Shown: positions 13,467 to 26,300 of the stretch, piece after piece
Layout: every line of letters begins with the position of its first letter
Position numbering within the stretch: the first letter of the stretch is position 1
Translations under genes and position numbers: made by a program
Notes under the pieces: model-generated
The model's input: the letters and a program-made list of their open reading frames with translations, nothing else
Database searches by the model: none
What the model was told of the DNA's origin: nothing
Origin: Vicugna vicugna
Taxonomy: Eukaryota
Length of the DNA: 60,000 nucleotides
Assembly (NCBI GenBank): GCA_013265495.1
Contig: MU058714.1
Span: forward strand, 1,366,001 to 1,426,000
Direction: 5' to 3'

Positions 13467-13700
13467 AATTAACAGACGCACACTACTGTATATAAAATAA
13501 ACAACAAGGACCTACTGTAGAGCACCGGGGACTATATTCAGTGTCTTATGATAACATGTCATGGAAAAGAATCTGAAAAGAAAAAATATCTATCTATCTA
13601 TCTATCTACTCACCTATCTATCTCTGTGTATGACTGAATCACTTTGCTGTACACCTGAAACTAACATTGTAAGTCAACTACATTTCAATTAAAATTTTTT
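13467..13700 (+). mobile_element. 5'-truncated artiodactyl-type L1 3' end with internal (TCTA)n
   Basis: aacaacaaggacctactgtagagcacc...actgaatcactttgctgtacacctgaaactaaca; TSD aagaaggggtc (13453) / aaaaaggggtc (13701). Confidence 0.85.
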
Positions 13701-14154
13701 AAAAAGGGGTCTAGGTGCCAAGAGGTACCCAGGCCCACCGTGATGATTCTGCTGCTGAAGCCAGAGCCGAGCTGGGTGGCACGGGGCCAGTTCTGCACGG
13801 CACCTGCAGCGGGACGGGTGGGGCTCTAGGACAAGATCCTGAATTTTATTCTGGTCTTGCCCAAATCCTGTTGGATCCTGTTGGGTCTGGGCAGGAAGCC
13901 GGCAACTCCAGGCACCTCGCCCAGCCTGAGGGCAGAGCCGCCCCCTCCCCAGCATCCTGAGGCCCTGAGCAGGACCCTGGCTCTGGGAGGCACTGCTGGA
14001 TCTCTGTGTCCGCCAGCGCTGCCCTGCAAAACGTCCGACTTCATTAGCGTTGATGCCAGTTTGAGGCAGAGTTTCTGCTACCTGCACACCCCCCCAGCAG
14101 TAAACCCCGCAGAAACACAGAAAAGGGGCGGGGAGGGGACACCAGGCGAACCCT

Positions 14155-14265
14155 CTGTTTCTTGATCTGGGTGCTGGTTGCACAAGTGTGTTCGTTATTT
14201 GAGAATCTGTTGGGCTGCTCATTGAACGTAGCTGCATTTTTCTGTGTGTTTTGCGCTTCAGTACA
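14155..14265 (+). mobile_element. Old L1M (L1ME-like) 3' terminus
   Basis: tcttgatctgggtgctggttgcacaagtgtgttc...ttttctgtgtg. Confidence 0.65.
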
Positions 14266-14273
14266 GAGCTTGC

Positions 14274-14407
14274 TTTGTTTATTTATTTAGTCGGGGGAGA
14301 TAATTAGCTTTACTTGTTTATTTATTCTTGGAGGAGGTGCTGGGGATTGAACCCAGGACCTCATGTGTACTAAGCATGAGCTCTACCACTGAGCTATGCC
14401 CTCCCGC
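14274..14407 (-). mobile_element. tRNA-Ala-derived SINE (vic-1-like)
   Basis: Reverse complement reads gggagggcatagctcagtggtagagctcatgcttagtacacatgaggtcctgggttcaatccccagcacc plus an AATA-rich tail. Confidence 0.9.
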
Positions 14408-14429
14408 ACTAGAGTTTTTAAACGTTGTA

Positions 14430-14540
14430 TCAGTGGTGATGGTTGCACAACACTGTGAACGTTCGGAATGTCACTGCATCCTTTACTTAAAAATGGCTAC
14501 AACACAAATTTCCTATGTATATTTTACCACAACAAAAGGC
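14430..14540 (+). mobile_element. L1MB-like 3' terminus
   Basis: gtggtgatggttgcacaacactgtgaa...cttaaaaatgg...tatattttaccacaacaaaa. Confidence 0.75.
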
Positions 14541-14552
14541 AAGCAAAATTTG

Positions 14553-14660
14553 TAGGATGACAAAAAACATACTATATCAGACAAATGCTAACAAAAAAAG
14601 AGCAGATGTAGTAGTATTAATAAAAGACAAAAAGACTTCAAGGCAGAAAGCATTGAAAGA
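14553..14660 (+). mobile_element. L1 ORF2 endonuclease-domain relic
   Basis: Translates to LYQTNANKKRADVVVLIKDK, resembling L1 EN IYHANxNQKKAGVAILISDK. Confidence 0.7.
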
Positions 14661-14859
14661 GACCCCCCCCAAAAAAACACCCCACTCTTTCATTTGCAGC
14701 CATCACAGAGATACGCTGGGTGTAGAAGCTGTTTCTGTAACTTCGGTTGCAAAGACCAGACAACACATTGTGGGCAGCCCAGGCAGAGTTTGTGTGTCTC
14801 AAGCAGGAGGATCGGAGTCCAGGATAGATCCAGCTGTCGGAGGAGCTCATCAGAGATAA

Positions 14860-15300
14860 CAGAATCTGGCATCAGGTGGCATCTGGCTTTTGTCCTCATG
14901 GTTGCAAGATGGCTGCTGTGCCTCCAGGTATGTCCTGCCTCAAGAAATGAAGGGGGAAGGGCCAAGGGGTAAATCCTAAGCCTTATCTGCACACAGCTGC
15001 TCCTTCGTTTTTAGGAAGAGAATTCCTCAGAGGTTTCTGTCTGCGTCTCCCTGGCCAGGACTAGGTCACATCACACCCTTTGTCTTCCAGGGAAACCAGG
15101 AATCTGGGGGTGACTTAAAGAGCCTGGGGGCTGCAATCATCTGGAAACACTTCAGCTCCCACGTCTGGTGGTTGATGCCTGTGGACCTCAGCTGGGCTCG
15201 TGGTAACTACCTGTGGTCTCTCCGCGTGGCCTGGGCTTCCTCACAGTGTGGCGGCCTCAGGCCATCAGATTCCCTGCATCGCAGCTGGGGGCTCCAGAGG
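14860..15300 (-). mobile_element. Old MLT1 LTR fragments (probably two)
   Basis: cctcatggttgcaagatggctgctg...tggccaggactaggtcacat; tctccgcgtggcctgggcttcctcacagtgtggcggcctcagg. Confidence 0.65.
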
Positions 15301-16009
15301 CTGCCATCCCGAGAGACGCGGAGAGAAGCAGCGAGGCTCTGCTGGATGAGCCGAGGCTGTGGCCAGAGGCAGCCCTGATTTGAAGGGGCGTCAGAGAACT
15401 GGTAAGCGTGTTTGTTGTTTTTTTTCACACCACCACATGTCCAACCGTCAGTCACTGCACAAGAGTGGAAATTCCAGGAGGTGAGAGTCTGACTGCTGGG
15501 CTGGTGTCCACGTGCAGGAGGATCCTCAGGAGAGTTCATTCAAAATATGTTTAAAATTTGGTCTGTGAATCTGGGGTGAGGGCCAGAAAGCTCACACAGT
15601 ACGCTCCTTCTGTGCTTCTGATGTGGGTTCCCAGAGGAGCGACGCTTTCCAGCGCGGGCATGGTCGGCATGGCCACGTCAGCCCTCTGGCGGTGCTGGGC
15701 GGACGAGTGACCGAGGGGAGGACCCCCGAGCCTGGCGAGGTGGGGCGGGTTGCTGAGCGGGTGTGAAGAGCACAGAGCAGCCCTGGGGGTCCGTGAGGAG
15801 GGGGCACACGGAGGCGGGGACAGAGGGGCGTTGGTACCTGGCTACGGGCCTTGCCTGTGAGCTGCGGGCTGGCTTTCTGTGCCCAGCTTTAGCCCAGTGC
15901 CTGCTCACAGCACTTTCTCAAGTAGCACGAGTGGACTGGAGTGGTGGCCTGTGGCCTGGGGGAGGGGGAGGACTTCAGAAGACATTTCTCTGCTGACCCT
16001 GGAGATCTT

Positions 16010-16130
16010 GTGGGTCTCAGTCTGAACGAGAATCAGAATCAGCTTGGGAACTTGCTGATACACAGAGTCCAGACCATGGAAGACTCCAGTTTAGAGGCTC
16101 TAGAGGACAGGGGATCTGGCCTTTTTTCCT
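16010..16130. mobile_element. MER5-like hAT-Charlie DNA transposon fragment
   Basis: atcagaatcagcttgggaacttgctgatacacagagtcc resembles the MER5 core. Confidence 0.4.
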
Positions 16131-16284
16131 AAATATTTTAAATTTTGTTTAAGAGTATGCAAATGTATGGAATAAATACAGCAACATACATTTAGCAATT
16201 ATACAAAATCACATTATATATCATATTAAATTACATAGAAACGTTTTATATACAAACCAAAAAAAATCAGAATGTTTTTGTTAA

Positions 16285-17465
16285 GCTTTTTCTTTCAAAA
16301 TAATTCTAGACTCATACGTAGTTGTCAGAAATAACAGAGAGGGCTAACGCACCCTTCACCCAGTTTCCTCCCATGGTTAACATCTTGCAAAATCACACTA
16401 CAATATCACAACCAGGATTTTGGCATCGATACAGTCAAGATCCAGAACATTCCACCACCACAAGGATGCCCGCAGTTGCCTTTTTATGGCAACTCCCCCT
16501 GCCCGCTCCCCCCACCCTAGCCCCCTGCCCCCACCATCCTCTCCTCTGTTTCTGCAGTTTTGTCCTTTTCACGGATCCTATATAAATTGGCCCTACAGCA
16601 TGTGACCTTTGGGACCGGCTTCTTTCACTGAGCACAATTTCCTGGAGGTTCATCGTGCTCACGGCAGCTCTTCCTCTTCCTCTTTGGTGTGGATGGATTC
16701 GTTTGTTCAACCATCAATCATCAATCAACCCCTGGAAGGTCATTTGGGTTGTTCCCCATCTTTAGCCTTACAAATAAAGCTGCTCAGCTGCAGGATTCTG
16801 TGTGTGAACCTGTCTTTATACATATTTTGTTTTCAAATTGAAGCATAGTCAGTTCACAGTGTTGTGCCAATTTCTGGTGCACAGCACCGTGCTTCGGTCA
16901 TGCAGGAACACACATACGTTCGTCTGCATACTCTTTTTCACCGTAAGTTACTACAAGATGAACCGAAGTCTTTATTTCTCTGGGATAAAGGCCGAGGAAG
17001 TACAACTGCAGGGCTTGAGGTAGTTGCATGTTTAGTTTTTAAAGAAGCAGCCAGACCGTTTTCCAGGAGGGCTGAACGCATCACTTTCCTACCAGTAACG
17101 CACGTGTGACACGGTTTCCCCACAGCCTCACCAGCATTTACTTTTGTGGCTGTTTTTCATTTTAGTCGTCCTGATAGGTGGGCTCCCACGTCTCCCTGGG
17201 GTTTTAATTTGCATCCCTGACGGACCCAACATGGATCTCCTCCTCCTGTGCGCAGCCGCCGGCCGTCTGTGTGGCCTCTTCACGGGACGCCTGCTCATGT
17301 CTTCTACTCATTTTCTAATTTAATTGTTTGCTTTTTTTTTTTTTACACTGTTGCGCTCTAAGAATTCTTTGCATAGTTTAGATCCTAGTTCTTGGTTGGA
17401 TCTGCGGCTGACAGACCTCTCCCCCCCTTACCCTGTCTGCTGCTTATCTTTTCATCCTGTGAGCG
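16285..17465 (-). mobile_element. L1MC1/2-like 3' region, interrupted by a younger L1
   Basis: acccttcacccagtttcctcccatggttaacatcttgcaaaa...gatacagtcaagat; gttttaatttgcatccctga. Confidence 0.8.
16822..16960 (-). mobile_element. Younger lineage-specific L1 3' end nested in L1MC
   Basis: aattgaagcatagtcagttcacagtgttgtgccaatttctggtgcacagca; flanking gaacctgtctttat / gaaccgaagtctttat resemble a TSD. Confidence 0.7.
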
Positions 17466-17489
17466 GGGTGGGTTTGCGGTTTGTTTTCT

Positions 17490-19400
17490 TTAACTTTTTG
17501 CTTCTGAATAATTTCCAAGGTACAGACATTGTTAGAATAGGACAAAGAGCTCCTGGGTTCTGCTCGCCCAGATTCCCTAAGTAGTAACATGTTACTATGT
17601 TTTCTGATGCTACTTTTTGTTTTTAATTTTTGGAGCCATTTGAGAGCAAGTTACAGACAGGGTGCCCGTTATCCATAAACCCTGGCCTGTGTATTTCCTG
17701 AAAGAAGCACCCATGTAACGATCAAAATCAGGATGTTGGTGTAGGGAGGCGATACCCTTCACTCACAGACCCAGCAGAGTTTCTCACAGATCGCCCCAAC
17801 AATGCCTTGTCCAGGTCCAGAAGCCAATCCGGGATCACATAGTGGACTGTTGTCATGTTTCCTTAGTCTACTTAGTTTTGGAATCCAAGTCTTTCTTTGT
17901 GGCTTTCTTGCTTAGGCTCAAGAAACCTTTCGTTCCATGCTTGGTCTGATGGTCGCAGTCAGCACCTCAGAATTCAGGGAGGAAGGCAGAGCCAGCAAAA
18001 CCTGTGTGGCAGGTGGGGAAACTGAGGCTGGAAAGTGGAGGGCTCCCTCAAGATGGTACAGCTAGCCAACAGTGGGGTTTCCAGGTCCCAAGACCACGTA
18101 GACCCTGAGCTGGGACCCTGAATGTCACTGTCCACTAAGAAGGCAGTCCAGGTGGTAGGAAGACAAGAAGATCACTTTTGAAAAATCTAGTTTCAAGTGT
18201 GATCCAAAAAAAAAAAAAAACGTTTAAGATTGGTCTTTCTTTATATTTCATGACCGTGATGTTTTGGAAGTGAGTTTGAACGACATCCCTCGGGCTGGGC
18301 TGGTTTCTAGATCCCGCGTCTGCACTTTTGGCAGGACCGTTTCAGAAGTGATGCTGTGCGCTTCTCCATGCGAGCTGCCTGGAGGTGCACGGCGTCTGCT
18401 TTCCCGTGCTGGTGGTAGCGATGTTCACCCCGCAGGTAAGGTCACTTCTGCCAGGTGTCTCCACTGTAAAGCTGATTAACGAGCGCCTGGACCCACTGGT
18501 GAGTGAGGGATAATAGTGAGCGCTCGGCACGGAGGCATGTGGAGTCTGAGGAAATCTCCTGTTTCCCATCAGCCTTTCACCGGCAGTTTGAGCCTCTGTC
18601 GTTGATTCTCCCTAAATCAATTATTAACGTGCTGATTGGCAAATGGAAGTTTGCTAATTCCATTATTCCTTCCGCATTTAAGAGCCATCTTTCTCTCCCA
18701 TTTATGGATTCATCCATTTATTTATATCATGACTTATTTATATCATAAAGAGATAACAGTCCATTACCATCTTTATTCTGTTGCAGAAGTTGCTCTGGAT
18801 TTGGGCGGTGGGAGCCCCTTCACGCTGCTTCCTGCCGTTTGACACCCCCCAACCCCCCCCACCCCCGTCAGTCTCTGCGTGCTTCCTCACCTCCTGCCGA
18901 CCTGAGGCATTCCATTTGGAGCATTCCTGCTCCAGCCCTGGAATCAGCCATTTCTCCAAAAGCTCTCTTCCTCCCAGTGGAGAATGGAATTTAGATACCA
19001 AGATCTGGGCACTAGGTGTGCTCATTGCTGCAGTCACTTTGTTGTTTCTGGGCCCTTTTGGCAGACAGAGCTAAGAAACACACACACACACCTACATCTA
19101 TTTCTAGATTAAAAAACATGAGTTCACAGGGGTGGGTGTAGCTCAAGTGGTAGAGCACATGCTTAGCATGCACAAGGTCCTGGGTTCAATCCCCAGTACC
19201 TCGTCTATAAATGAATAAATAAACTTAATAAAATATCAAAAAAAAAGAAATTAAAAAAAAATGAGTTCACTCCAATACCGCAATTGCAGCTCAGCTCCAC
19301 AGAACTGATTCGAGGCTTCGTCCTTTCCATATTGGACACTCTCTTCCTCAAAGGTGAGAAGCCTGACCTCTGATCTTCAAGACACCAGCTGCTTGACTGC
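17490..19400 (-). mobile_element. L1MC4-like 3' UTR fragments (17490-17900 and 18225-19400), with a MIR piece near 18010-18100
   Basis: ccagccctggaatcagccatttctccaa...gataccaagatctgggcactaggtgtgctcattgct is typical of L1MC4; ggggaaactgaggct is MIR core. Confidence 0.75.
19129..19260 (+). mobile_element. Full-length tRNA-Ala-derived SINE (vic-1-like)
   Basis: ggggtgggtgtagctcaagtggtagagcacatgcttagcatgcacaaggtcctgggttcaatccccagtacc, A-rich tail, TSD atgagttcac at 19118 and 19261. Confidence 0.92.
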
Positions 19401-19499
19401 CCTGCCCAACCACATGCCTGACTAGCCTGGTTCCTTGGCCCCAAATAAAAGGAGTGGAGAAGAAAAAAGAAGACAAGAGCAAAGCAGAGGGGAGTGCAT

Positions 19500-19955
19500 T
19501 GCTTTTCGACACCTGCTGTAACAAATTACTGCAAACTGGGTGGTTTAGGACCACAGGAATCTAGTCTCTCCCAGTCTGGAGGCCAGAAGTCCAGAATCGA
19601 GACATCAGCAGAGATGGTCCCTTCTGGAGGCTGCGAAGGAGAGGCTATTTCATGCCTTTTCCGGCCCTGGTGGCTGCTGACGCCCTTGGCCCCTCGGCTT
19701 GTGGCCGCCTCACTCCGGTCTCTGCTCCATCACCACGGGGCTTCTCCCCTCTGTGTGTCTGTCTGCAAAATTTCCTCTTCCCGGAAGGACACCAGTCATT
19801 GGATTAGGGCCCTGGTTTATAACGCTAACTTCCTGCTCTGGTTCAGTTGCCAGCGTAACCACAGGCGGGTTAATTAATCTTAACTCGATCACATCTGCAA
19901 AGTCTCTATTTCCAAACAAGTTCCTGTTCACAGGTGTGGGGCGTTAGGACCCGGA
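19500..19955 (-). mobile_element. MLT1B/C/D-type solo LTR carrying a 66-bp foreign insert
   Basis: ctgctgtaacaaattac...tctggaggccagaagtcc...aaggacaccagtcattggattagggccc...atcttaact...catctgcaaag...atttccaaa. Confidence 0.85.
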
Positions 19956-21774
19956 CAAGGCAGCCCACAGCAGGGTGGAAGCTGCGTTTGTGACAAGCCC
20001 AGGGGCTCACTGCTGCACGGTCTCCCAGGACCCCTAGGCTTGGTGTCCCAAGTCAGTGGGAGGAGGCCCCGAAACCAGGGGACAGAGGGGGCGGCCTCGG
20101 GGCAGGGCTGTGTGAGGAGCAAGGGGACCACGGGCAGCGGCCACCCCGAGCGCTGGAGACAAGTGGGGTGGGCTGTGGGCACGGCGGGCAGGGCGTGGAG
20201 CCCCTTCCAGGACAACATCCATCACTCTATCTATAGCTGAGGGTCAGTGCTGACTTGGGGACCCTCCACACTACAGCAGCCTTGAGCCCCAAACCCCAGG
20301 CGGGAAGCTCTGTCTTGGTTCTTCCAGCCTCAGCTTGCAGAGGCCTGAGGTCCGGGGTCTGGACAGGCTGGCACAGGCCAGAGAGGTTCTTCCTGGACTA
20401 GGGGAATGGTGGGCACCGTGCTGGCCCAGGGGACTGGCAGGTTCCCTCACACCTGGCTCTGCCCCCAGATGTGACAGCTGAGCATCGTGGGCCAAGAGCC
20501 AGACCCTCCCCAGCTCAGATCCCCACCTGTACATGAGGACTGGACCTCAGGTCCCCCACTTGGATGGCTGACGTGTCCCCCTCCCTTTGCCATTCAGGCT
20601 CTGTCATGCCATCAGGGCCATGCTGAAGCCCATCCCGAGGTGTCCCTAAAACCCTAGAACTTACAAGACAGCCCAGCCCGATGAGTGCATTCTCCGAGCG
20701 GAAAGATGGCGGTTGCTCAGGCCTGTTAGGGGCCGCATATCTGGAGGTCAGGCAGGAGTGTTCCCCAAAGGGCCAGCCCCTGGTGAGAGTGTGGGTTCCG
20801 GAACTTGCTCTCACATGCGGGCTGGGCAGTGAATATGTCCAGGTGTTAGCAGCCTCTGGAGTTCAGGAAGGAGGTCAGATGACACTGAGGCACTGGGCGG
20901 GGCTTGGGGGCTCTCCCTGGAGAGATGGGGAAACGGAGGCCCAGAGAGCGAGAGCGATCACTGCCAGTAGGGGCACTGGGACCAGCCCCAGGCCCCGCCC
21001 CCTGCACGGTTGTCCGGGCCGGACTGGGAAGGGCTGGGGCTCTCCTCTCCTCACCCCCGGTGCTTCGAGACGCCTGCCCTCTGTGCTCACGGGTTCATTT
21101 GTTTGATGACTTCATCATAACTTGAAAGACCCTAGTTTATAACACTAACTTCCTGTTCCAGTTCAGTTGCCAACATAACCACAGGCAGGTTAATTGCATG
21201 TCCGTCCATCATCCTGCCTGGGGAGGTGGCAAGCGGGAGCGCCCGTCCCCACCACATGGCCCTGAGCTCTCGCGTGGGCCCCAGGCTTGGCGGTTCAGCT
21301 GGGTCCGATCCCTGGCCACGTCCACACACCAGAGACCCACAGCTCATACCCCCACCCCCACCCCCATGCTCAGAGACCCCCGGGCTCCAAACCTTCCTAG
21401 GAAGTGGCCAGGTACCCTCCATGCTTGCTGGAGAGACTGAGAATTGGGACCACCTTCTGAGAGTCATTTAGCGATATTTGTCCCCAAAACCTGAGTGCTC
21501 TTAACCAGCGAATCTGCTTCCAGAGATTTTCCCACCGGGAGCCCCGAAGAGGACAGGACATTCACGGCCCCTAAGGCTGGACTGGGGCTGAGTGCCCGGT
21601 GGGGAGGGCAGGTTAACAGTGCGTGGGTGACGGCCCGCGGGGTGCTCCGATTCGTGAGCACAGGCCACTCTCCCTGCACACGCGCCGACGCCATCACGGG
21701 GGGACGGCCGAGTGCCGGGAGTATCCATTCACTTTATCATCTCTTCTGCCTTTTGAATTTTTTCTTAAAGTATC

Positions 21775-22120
21775 ATATTATTTTCCCAGGACTTCCACTA
21801 CAAACTTTCACAAACTTGGTGACTTTAAGCAACAGGAATTCATCTCCTCCCAGCGCTGGAGGCCGGAAGGCTGAGATCAAGGTGTCGGCCAGAAAATGCT
21901 CCCCCTGAAGTCCTCAGGGGAAGAATCTTTCCTGCCTCTTCCAGCTCCTGGTGGCCCAGGCACCCCTTGGCTTGTGGTCACATCACCCCAACTCTGCCTT
22001 CTCCTCACGTGGCCTCCCTGCATGTCTGGGTCTCAAATCTCCTTCTGCCTTTCTCTCATTAGAAGGATGATAACTGTCATGGGATTTGGAACCTAACCTA
22101 AGCCCAGGATGACCTCATGT
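21775..22120 (-). mobile_element. MLT1C/D-type LTR
   Basis: cacaaacttggtgactttaagcaacagga...gagatcaaggtgtcggc...cctgcctcttccagctcctggtggc...ccaggatgacctcat. Confidence 0.85.
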
Positions 22121-23119
22121 GGTAATAGGATGCAAATGAGAACCAGAAGGGACCGACCAGGGGACTGGAGAATGTGGGTGCATAGCCACGGGAGGGGGAC
22201 TGGCCCTTGGCACCCGGGCACCTGAACACCAGATACGTGGGCACCTGGGTGCCCTGGCTGCCCTTCCAGTGCCCCTTTCCTCCGGCCCAGGCCACCCTGG
22301 CTGGCCCGCAGGTCACATGAGGAGGTCACACAGCCTCGGGGCCAGAGGGTGCCTCGTTTGGGATCAGGCAGCCCCCGGGTCTGTCTGCCACACGGAGTGG
22401 GGGCCGGGTAACCTCTGCTTCTCGCCTGCAGGTGGGCAGAGGCCCTTGTCCACGAGGGCCCTGGTGGCTGCCCGCGAGGTGGAGTCAGTCCTGTGTCAGA
22501 CTTTGCCCAAGACAGCCTGGGGAGGAACGAGCAGACAGCCTGTCCAGCCCTATGGGACCCCCAGCTCTGCCGGTGGCTGGCCCGTGGACCTGCCGCCTGA
22601 CCTACAAAGGTGTGGAGCCTGAGGGGGCTGGGAGAGAGGGGCAACCCAGGGTCCCAGCCCTGACCCAGCTTCAGGCACAAAGCTCTGTCAGTGGGCTGGG
22701 GGCGATGGATCAAAGTGTGCTGGGGTGGGTGGAGAGGCCAGGGCCGTAGGCCCAGGGACAGCTCTCCACCCCCAGGCTGAGCAGGCAGCCTCAGGTGGGG
22801 TAAGATCCAAGGGTCTGAGCTCAGCCCTCCTCTTGGTTGACTCAGGGGATGATGCTGGCCTGGCGGGACCTCCCTTCTCCAGGCTTCCAGGACCCACTCT
22901 GGCCTGGCGGCTCTCCTGCCTCTCCGTTCCCCCCGCACCCTTGCACTGACCTCATCCACGCCTCTGCTTTCTGTTCCAGTGACGCCTGGACTCCGGGGTC
23001 CAGGTCTGCAAGCCGGCAGGTGGCTCTTACGTGCCCCAGACTGACCCAGCTGCCTGACAAGCCCCACTATGCTGAGCAGACAGATACCCCGGCCCCTGAG
23101 CCTCCCTGAAGCCCGCTGG

Positions 23120-23660
23120 TACTTGGCACCTCATCTCAGTAAAGGGCCCCCCCATCGCCGCAGGCTGAGGCCCAAGACTGCCGTCATCCTTGACTCTGCT
23201 CCTCCCACCCACAGCAAATCCCCGGGGCTCTGAGCTTCAAAATTCATCCAAAGTCCAGCTCTGGCCCTCCCCCTGCTCTGTGCCTTCCCTGGGCCGAGCA
23301 CCACATCTCTTCCCTCCTGCCCCCAGCTGCAGGCCCACTGGCCTCCTTTCCTTTCCAGAAGCTCTGGGGCCTTTGCACCGGTCAGCCCCTCAGCCTGAAA
23401 TGCTCCTGTGCCCCCAGCCCAAACCTGCACGACCTACTCCCTCATCTCCTCCTTCGCTTTGCTCAGATGTCATCTTGGCCGCCCCGTCTACAATTGCAAC
23501 ATCCCTCCAGCCGCCCTTCGAGCATGCTCTATAATTGTCCTATTTGTGTCATCCCTGCTCTGTCTGCCCATCCTGTCCCCCCCCCCGTGTAAGCTCCAGT
23601 GTCCAGTTCCCTGTGCGCACATGCAAGGCCCTCGCGGGGTCCTGGATGACTACGTGGTGT
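23120..23660 (+). mobile_element. L2 LINE 3' relic
   Basis: catctcagtaaaggg...gtcatccttgactc...gggcctttgcac...ctgaaatgctc...tgctcagatgtca...tgtaagctcc. Confidence 0.7.
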
Positions 23661-24184
23661 CTGAACAAGAGTGTGGGCCGTGAGGACTCTAGAGGGGCAG
23701 GTGGGACTGACCTTGAGAACTGCCCCAACTCTCAGAGCTTCCCCCCTGTCCTGGGGGAGGCAGCCACTGGCCTGAGGTTGGGCCCCTGCCTGGGAGCTGC
23801 AGCTGGGTCTCAGGCCCGGGGCCCACCTGCTGGCCTGGGAACTCTGTCCTGCTGAGACTGCTGGCTGGGTGGCTCTGTTCAGGGCAGAAGAGGGAGGAAG
23901 CCAGCTGAGTGGACACTCTCGGTCCTGGGAGTCCACGAGAAACCCTCCAGCCAGCCCTGCAGCCTCATCCCGGGGGCCTCTCTGCCCCAGCCAGTGGGTG
24001 GGCTCACCGAGGAGAGAGCAAAAGATTCCGGCTGAGTGGCACAAAAATAAGCAAACAGCCCAACGGAACAGGAGAGAGGGTCCGGAACGAGACCCCTCCC
24101 TCGAACCAACTGGTTTGCAACAGAAGCCACCACAGTGCAGGGGAAGTTGTGGGCCCGGCATCCACGGTGCCGCGTCGGTTGCAT

Positions 24185-24650
24185 GTTGATGGGGGAAAAT
24201 GACCCTCAGTTCCTATACCACACCACGGACAAAAACTAATTAAAAATGGGTCAGAGCCCACGACGGGAAAAGTGAAACCAAAAAAAGCTTCTAGAGTTAA
24301 ACAGAAGAGAATCTCAAGATATTGTCAAGATGCCGTCTGGAGAGTAAGACGGGAAGCCATGCTCACTCCCTACACCAGCGTGTCCTGATGGAGAGGGACT
24401 TAGCCAACCAAAGCCTTGTGTCCAGAAGAGATAAAGAACTCTACACATCTATCCAAAAAGAGACAAACCAATGTTTTCAATGGGCATGTATGTAGGTGAA
24501 AAATTGGTCAGCCTCACTAGCCATCAGGGAAATAAACACTTAAACCTCAATGAGATACCACTTCACTGCCACCGGAAAGGCTCACGGTGAAAAGTCTGAC
24601 AGTGTTCAGTGCTGGGGAGTTTGTGGAAGCAACGGGCTCTCACACGCTAC
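24185..24650 (+). mobile_element. Old L1M ORF2 3' fragment
   Basis: ataaagaactctaca...ctcactagccatcagggaaat...caatgagataccacttcac (MRYHFT motif). Confidence 0.8.
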
Positions 24651-26221
24651 GTTCCTGACCAACACAGGGAGTAATGAGAATGGGCACGTGGGCAGCCCTC
24701 GTCCACAGACGCTTGCCCCCAGGCTTCTCCCAGTCACCTGGGGCCACCCGGCCATCCGCCTTGCTCCTTTAATCCCCTCCTGGAGAGAGTCTTCCCTGTT
24801 ATCGTCGGGGGACGCACGGCCTCAGACAGGTTTGGGCTTGGGTCTGTCTGAGCCTGGGGCCCTGCTGTCTCCTGACACCAAAGAGATATTTGCCTGTCTA
24901 GGGGTGGGTGGCCCTGCAGGTCCTGCTGAGCACGCGCAGGTGCAGGTAGACCAAGAGCAGTTTGCTGGAAGTGAAGGGTCTCCTCCCAGATCATCAGAGG
25001 GCTTGGGGCCTGTGGATGCTGCGTGGCCCCGTAGAAACTGGAATAGGAGGGGCTTTGGGAGCATCCCAGCAGGAACGGGGTCCACTCCACATCAGGCCTG
25101 TGGAGCCAACCTCCTCTCTACACAGTGGAGGGCAGGATTGGCTGGGGCCTGATGCAGCCTCCTTCCTTGAGCCATGAAGATGGATGGAGCAGACAAGGCC
25201 TTTCTCAGCCTTACCCTCATCTGGGTCCTCTCAGCCGGGGCCACTTTCTCATCTTCTCCAAAGGCTGCAGCCATTTAAATTGGAAACAAATTGGGTTTCA
25301 CAACACTGTCTTGAACCCTGGGATTTGACACCGATTTTCAACCCTTGTCTGCATGCCCCCTGGACCCCAGGCACAGAGCTGAGGAAAGACTGTGCATCCA
25401 ACACCCACTCAAGGGTTAACAGAAGCCAAAAAGCAGCCACTCTTGTTCTGAAGCGCCCCCAGCCCCAGGCACTGATCCCTGGTCCCGTGGTCACCACGGG
25501 AGTGTGGGTGCGGACAAAGCTGTGTTCATCCAGCCCTGGGTTTGATGATAGTAGCACAAGGACCCCATTCTCTGCTGTCCCCAGCTGCATCCCCTCCCCC
25601 AGTGAGCCTGACATCCCCGGAGGGCCCCCGAGGGTGCAGGCTCAGCTGCTGGGGCTCCGGGAAATTCACAAGGGGCCTGCACTGGGGAGCCCGTTCTGCC
25701 TGAATGGTACAGACAGCTGCAAGCCGGCTCATCACGTCTTCAGTGGGAAGCTGCCTGCATTTTTACAACTGATTTTTGAACCTAAAAGTGGAGGTTCACA
25801 TCCAGCCTATTAAACGTAATCTCTTTGGTTGGAGTCCAATGTGACCTTCTGGAATCTGGCTTCCAGATTCTTGCCATATATCAGCAGTTCTTCCCAGCTG
25901 CAGAGATGGTGACCTGCCTTGCTGTGTCTTTATCCCTGTGACTCAGAGAAACAGGCCGGGCCGGCAGAGCCTGGAGAGGGGTTTCCAGGGAGAATGGGGC
26001 CCTGGTGGCATCCCTCTGTGGGTACAGCAGCCCAAAGCACCCAACTGTGGTCACAAGGCCCACGTTTTTCTGGTCTCCAACCAAGGGTAAGGGGCTTGTG
26101 GAAGTTAGGACACAAGTCTGCCACGTGAGTTTTGGGGATATTAGGGACCCGAAACCAGCCAATCCATGTCCTGGTTTTGCAGAAGAACCTGGGGTCCAGG
26201 TCCATAGCCCTTGGGTGAGAA

Positions 26222-26300
26222 CACAGGCAAGTTGCTCACTTTCTCGATTTCAGTTTGCCCATCTCTAAAATGGGCATGACCATCATGACATTTCTGTTCC
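26222..26300 (+). mobile_element. MIR core fragment
   Basis: ggcaagttgctcactttctcgatttcagtttgcccatctctaaaatggg. Confidence 0.7.

Noticed and set aside
19129..19203. tRNA-Ala gene
   Set aside because: A-rich tail, target-site duplication and poor acceptor stem show it is a SINE head; the same applies to the copies at 11989 and 14274
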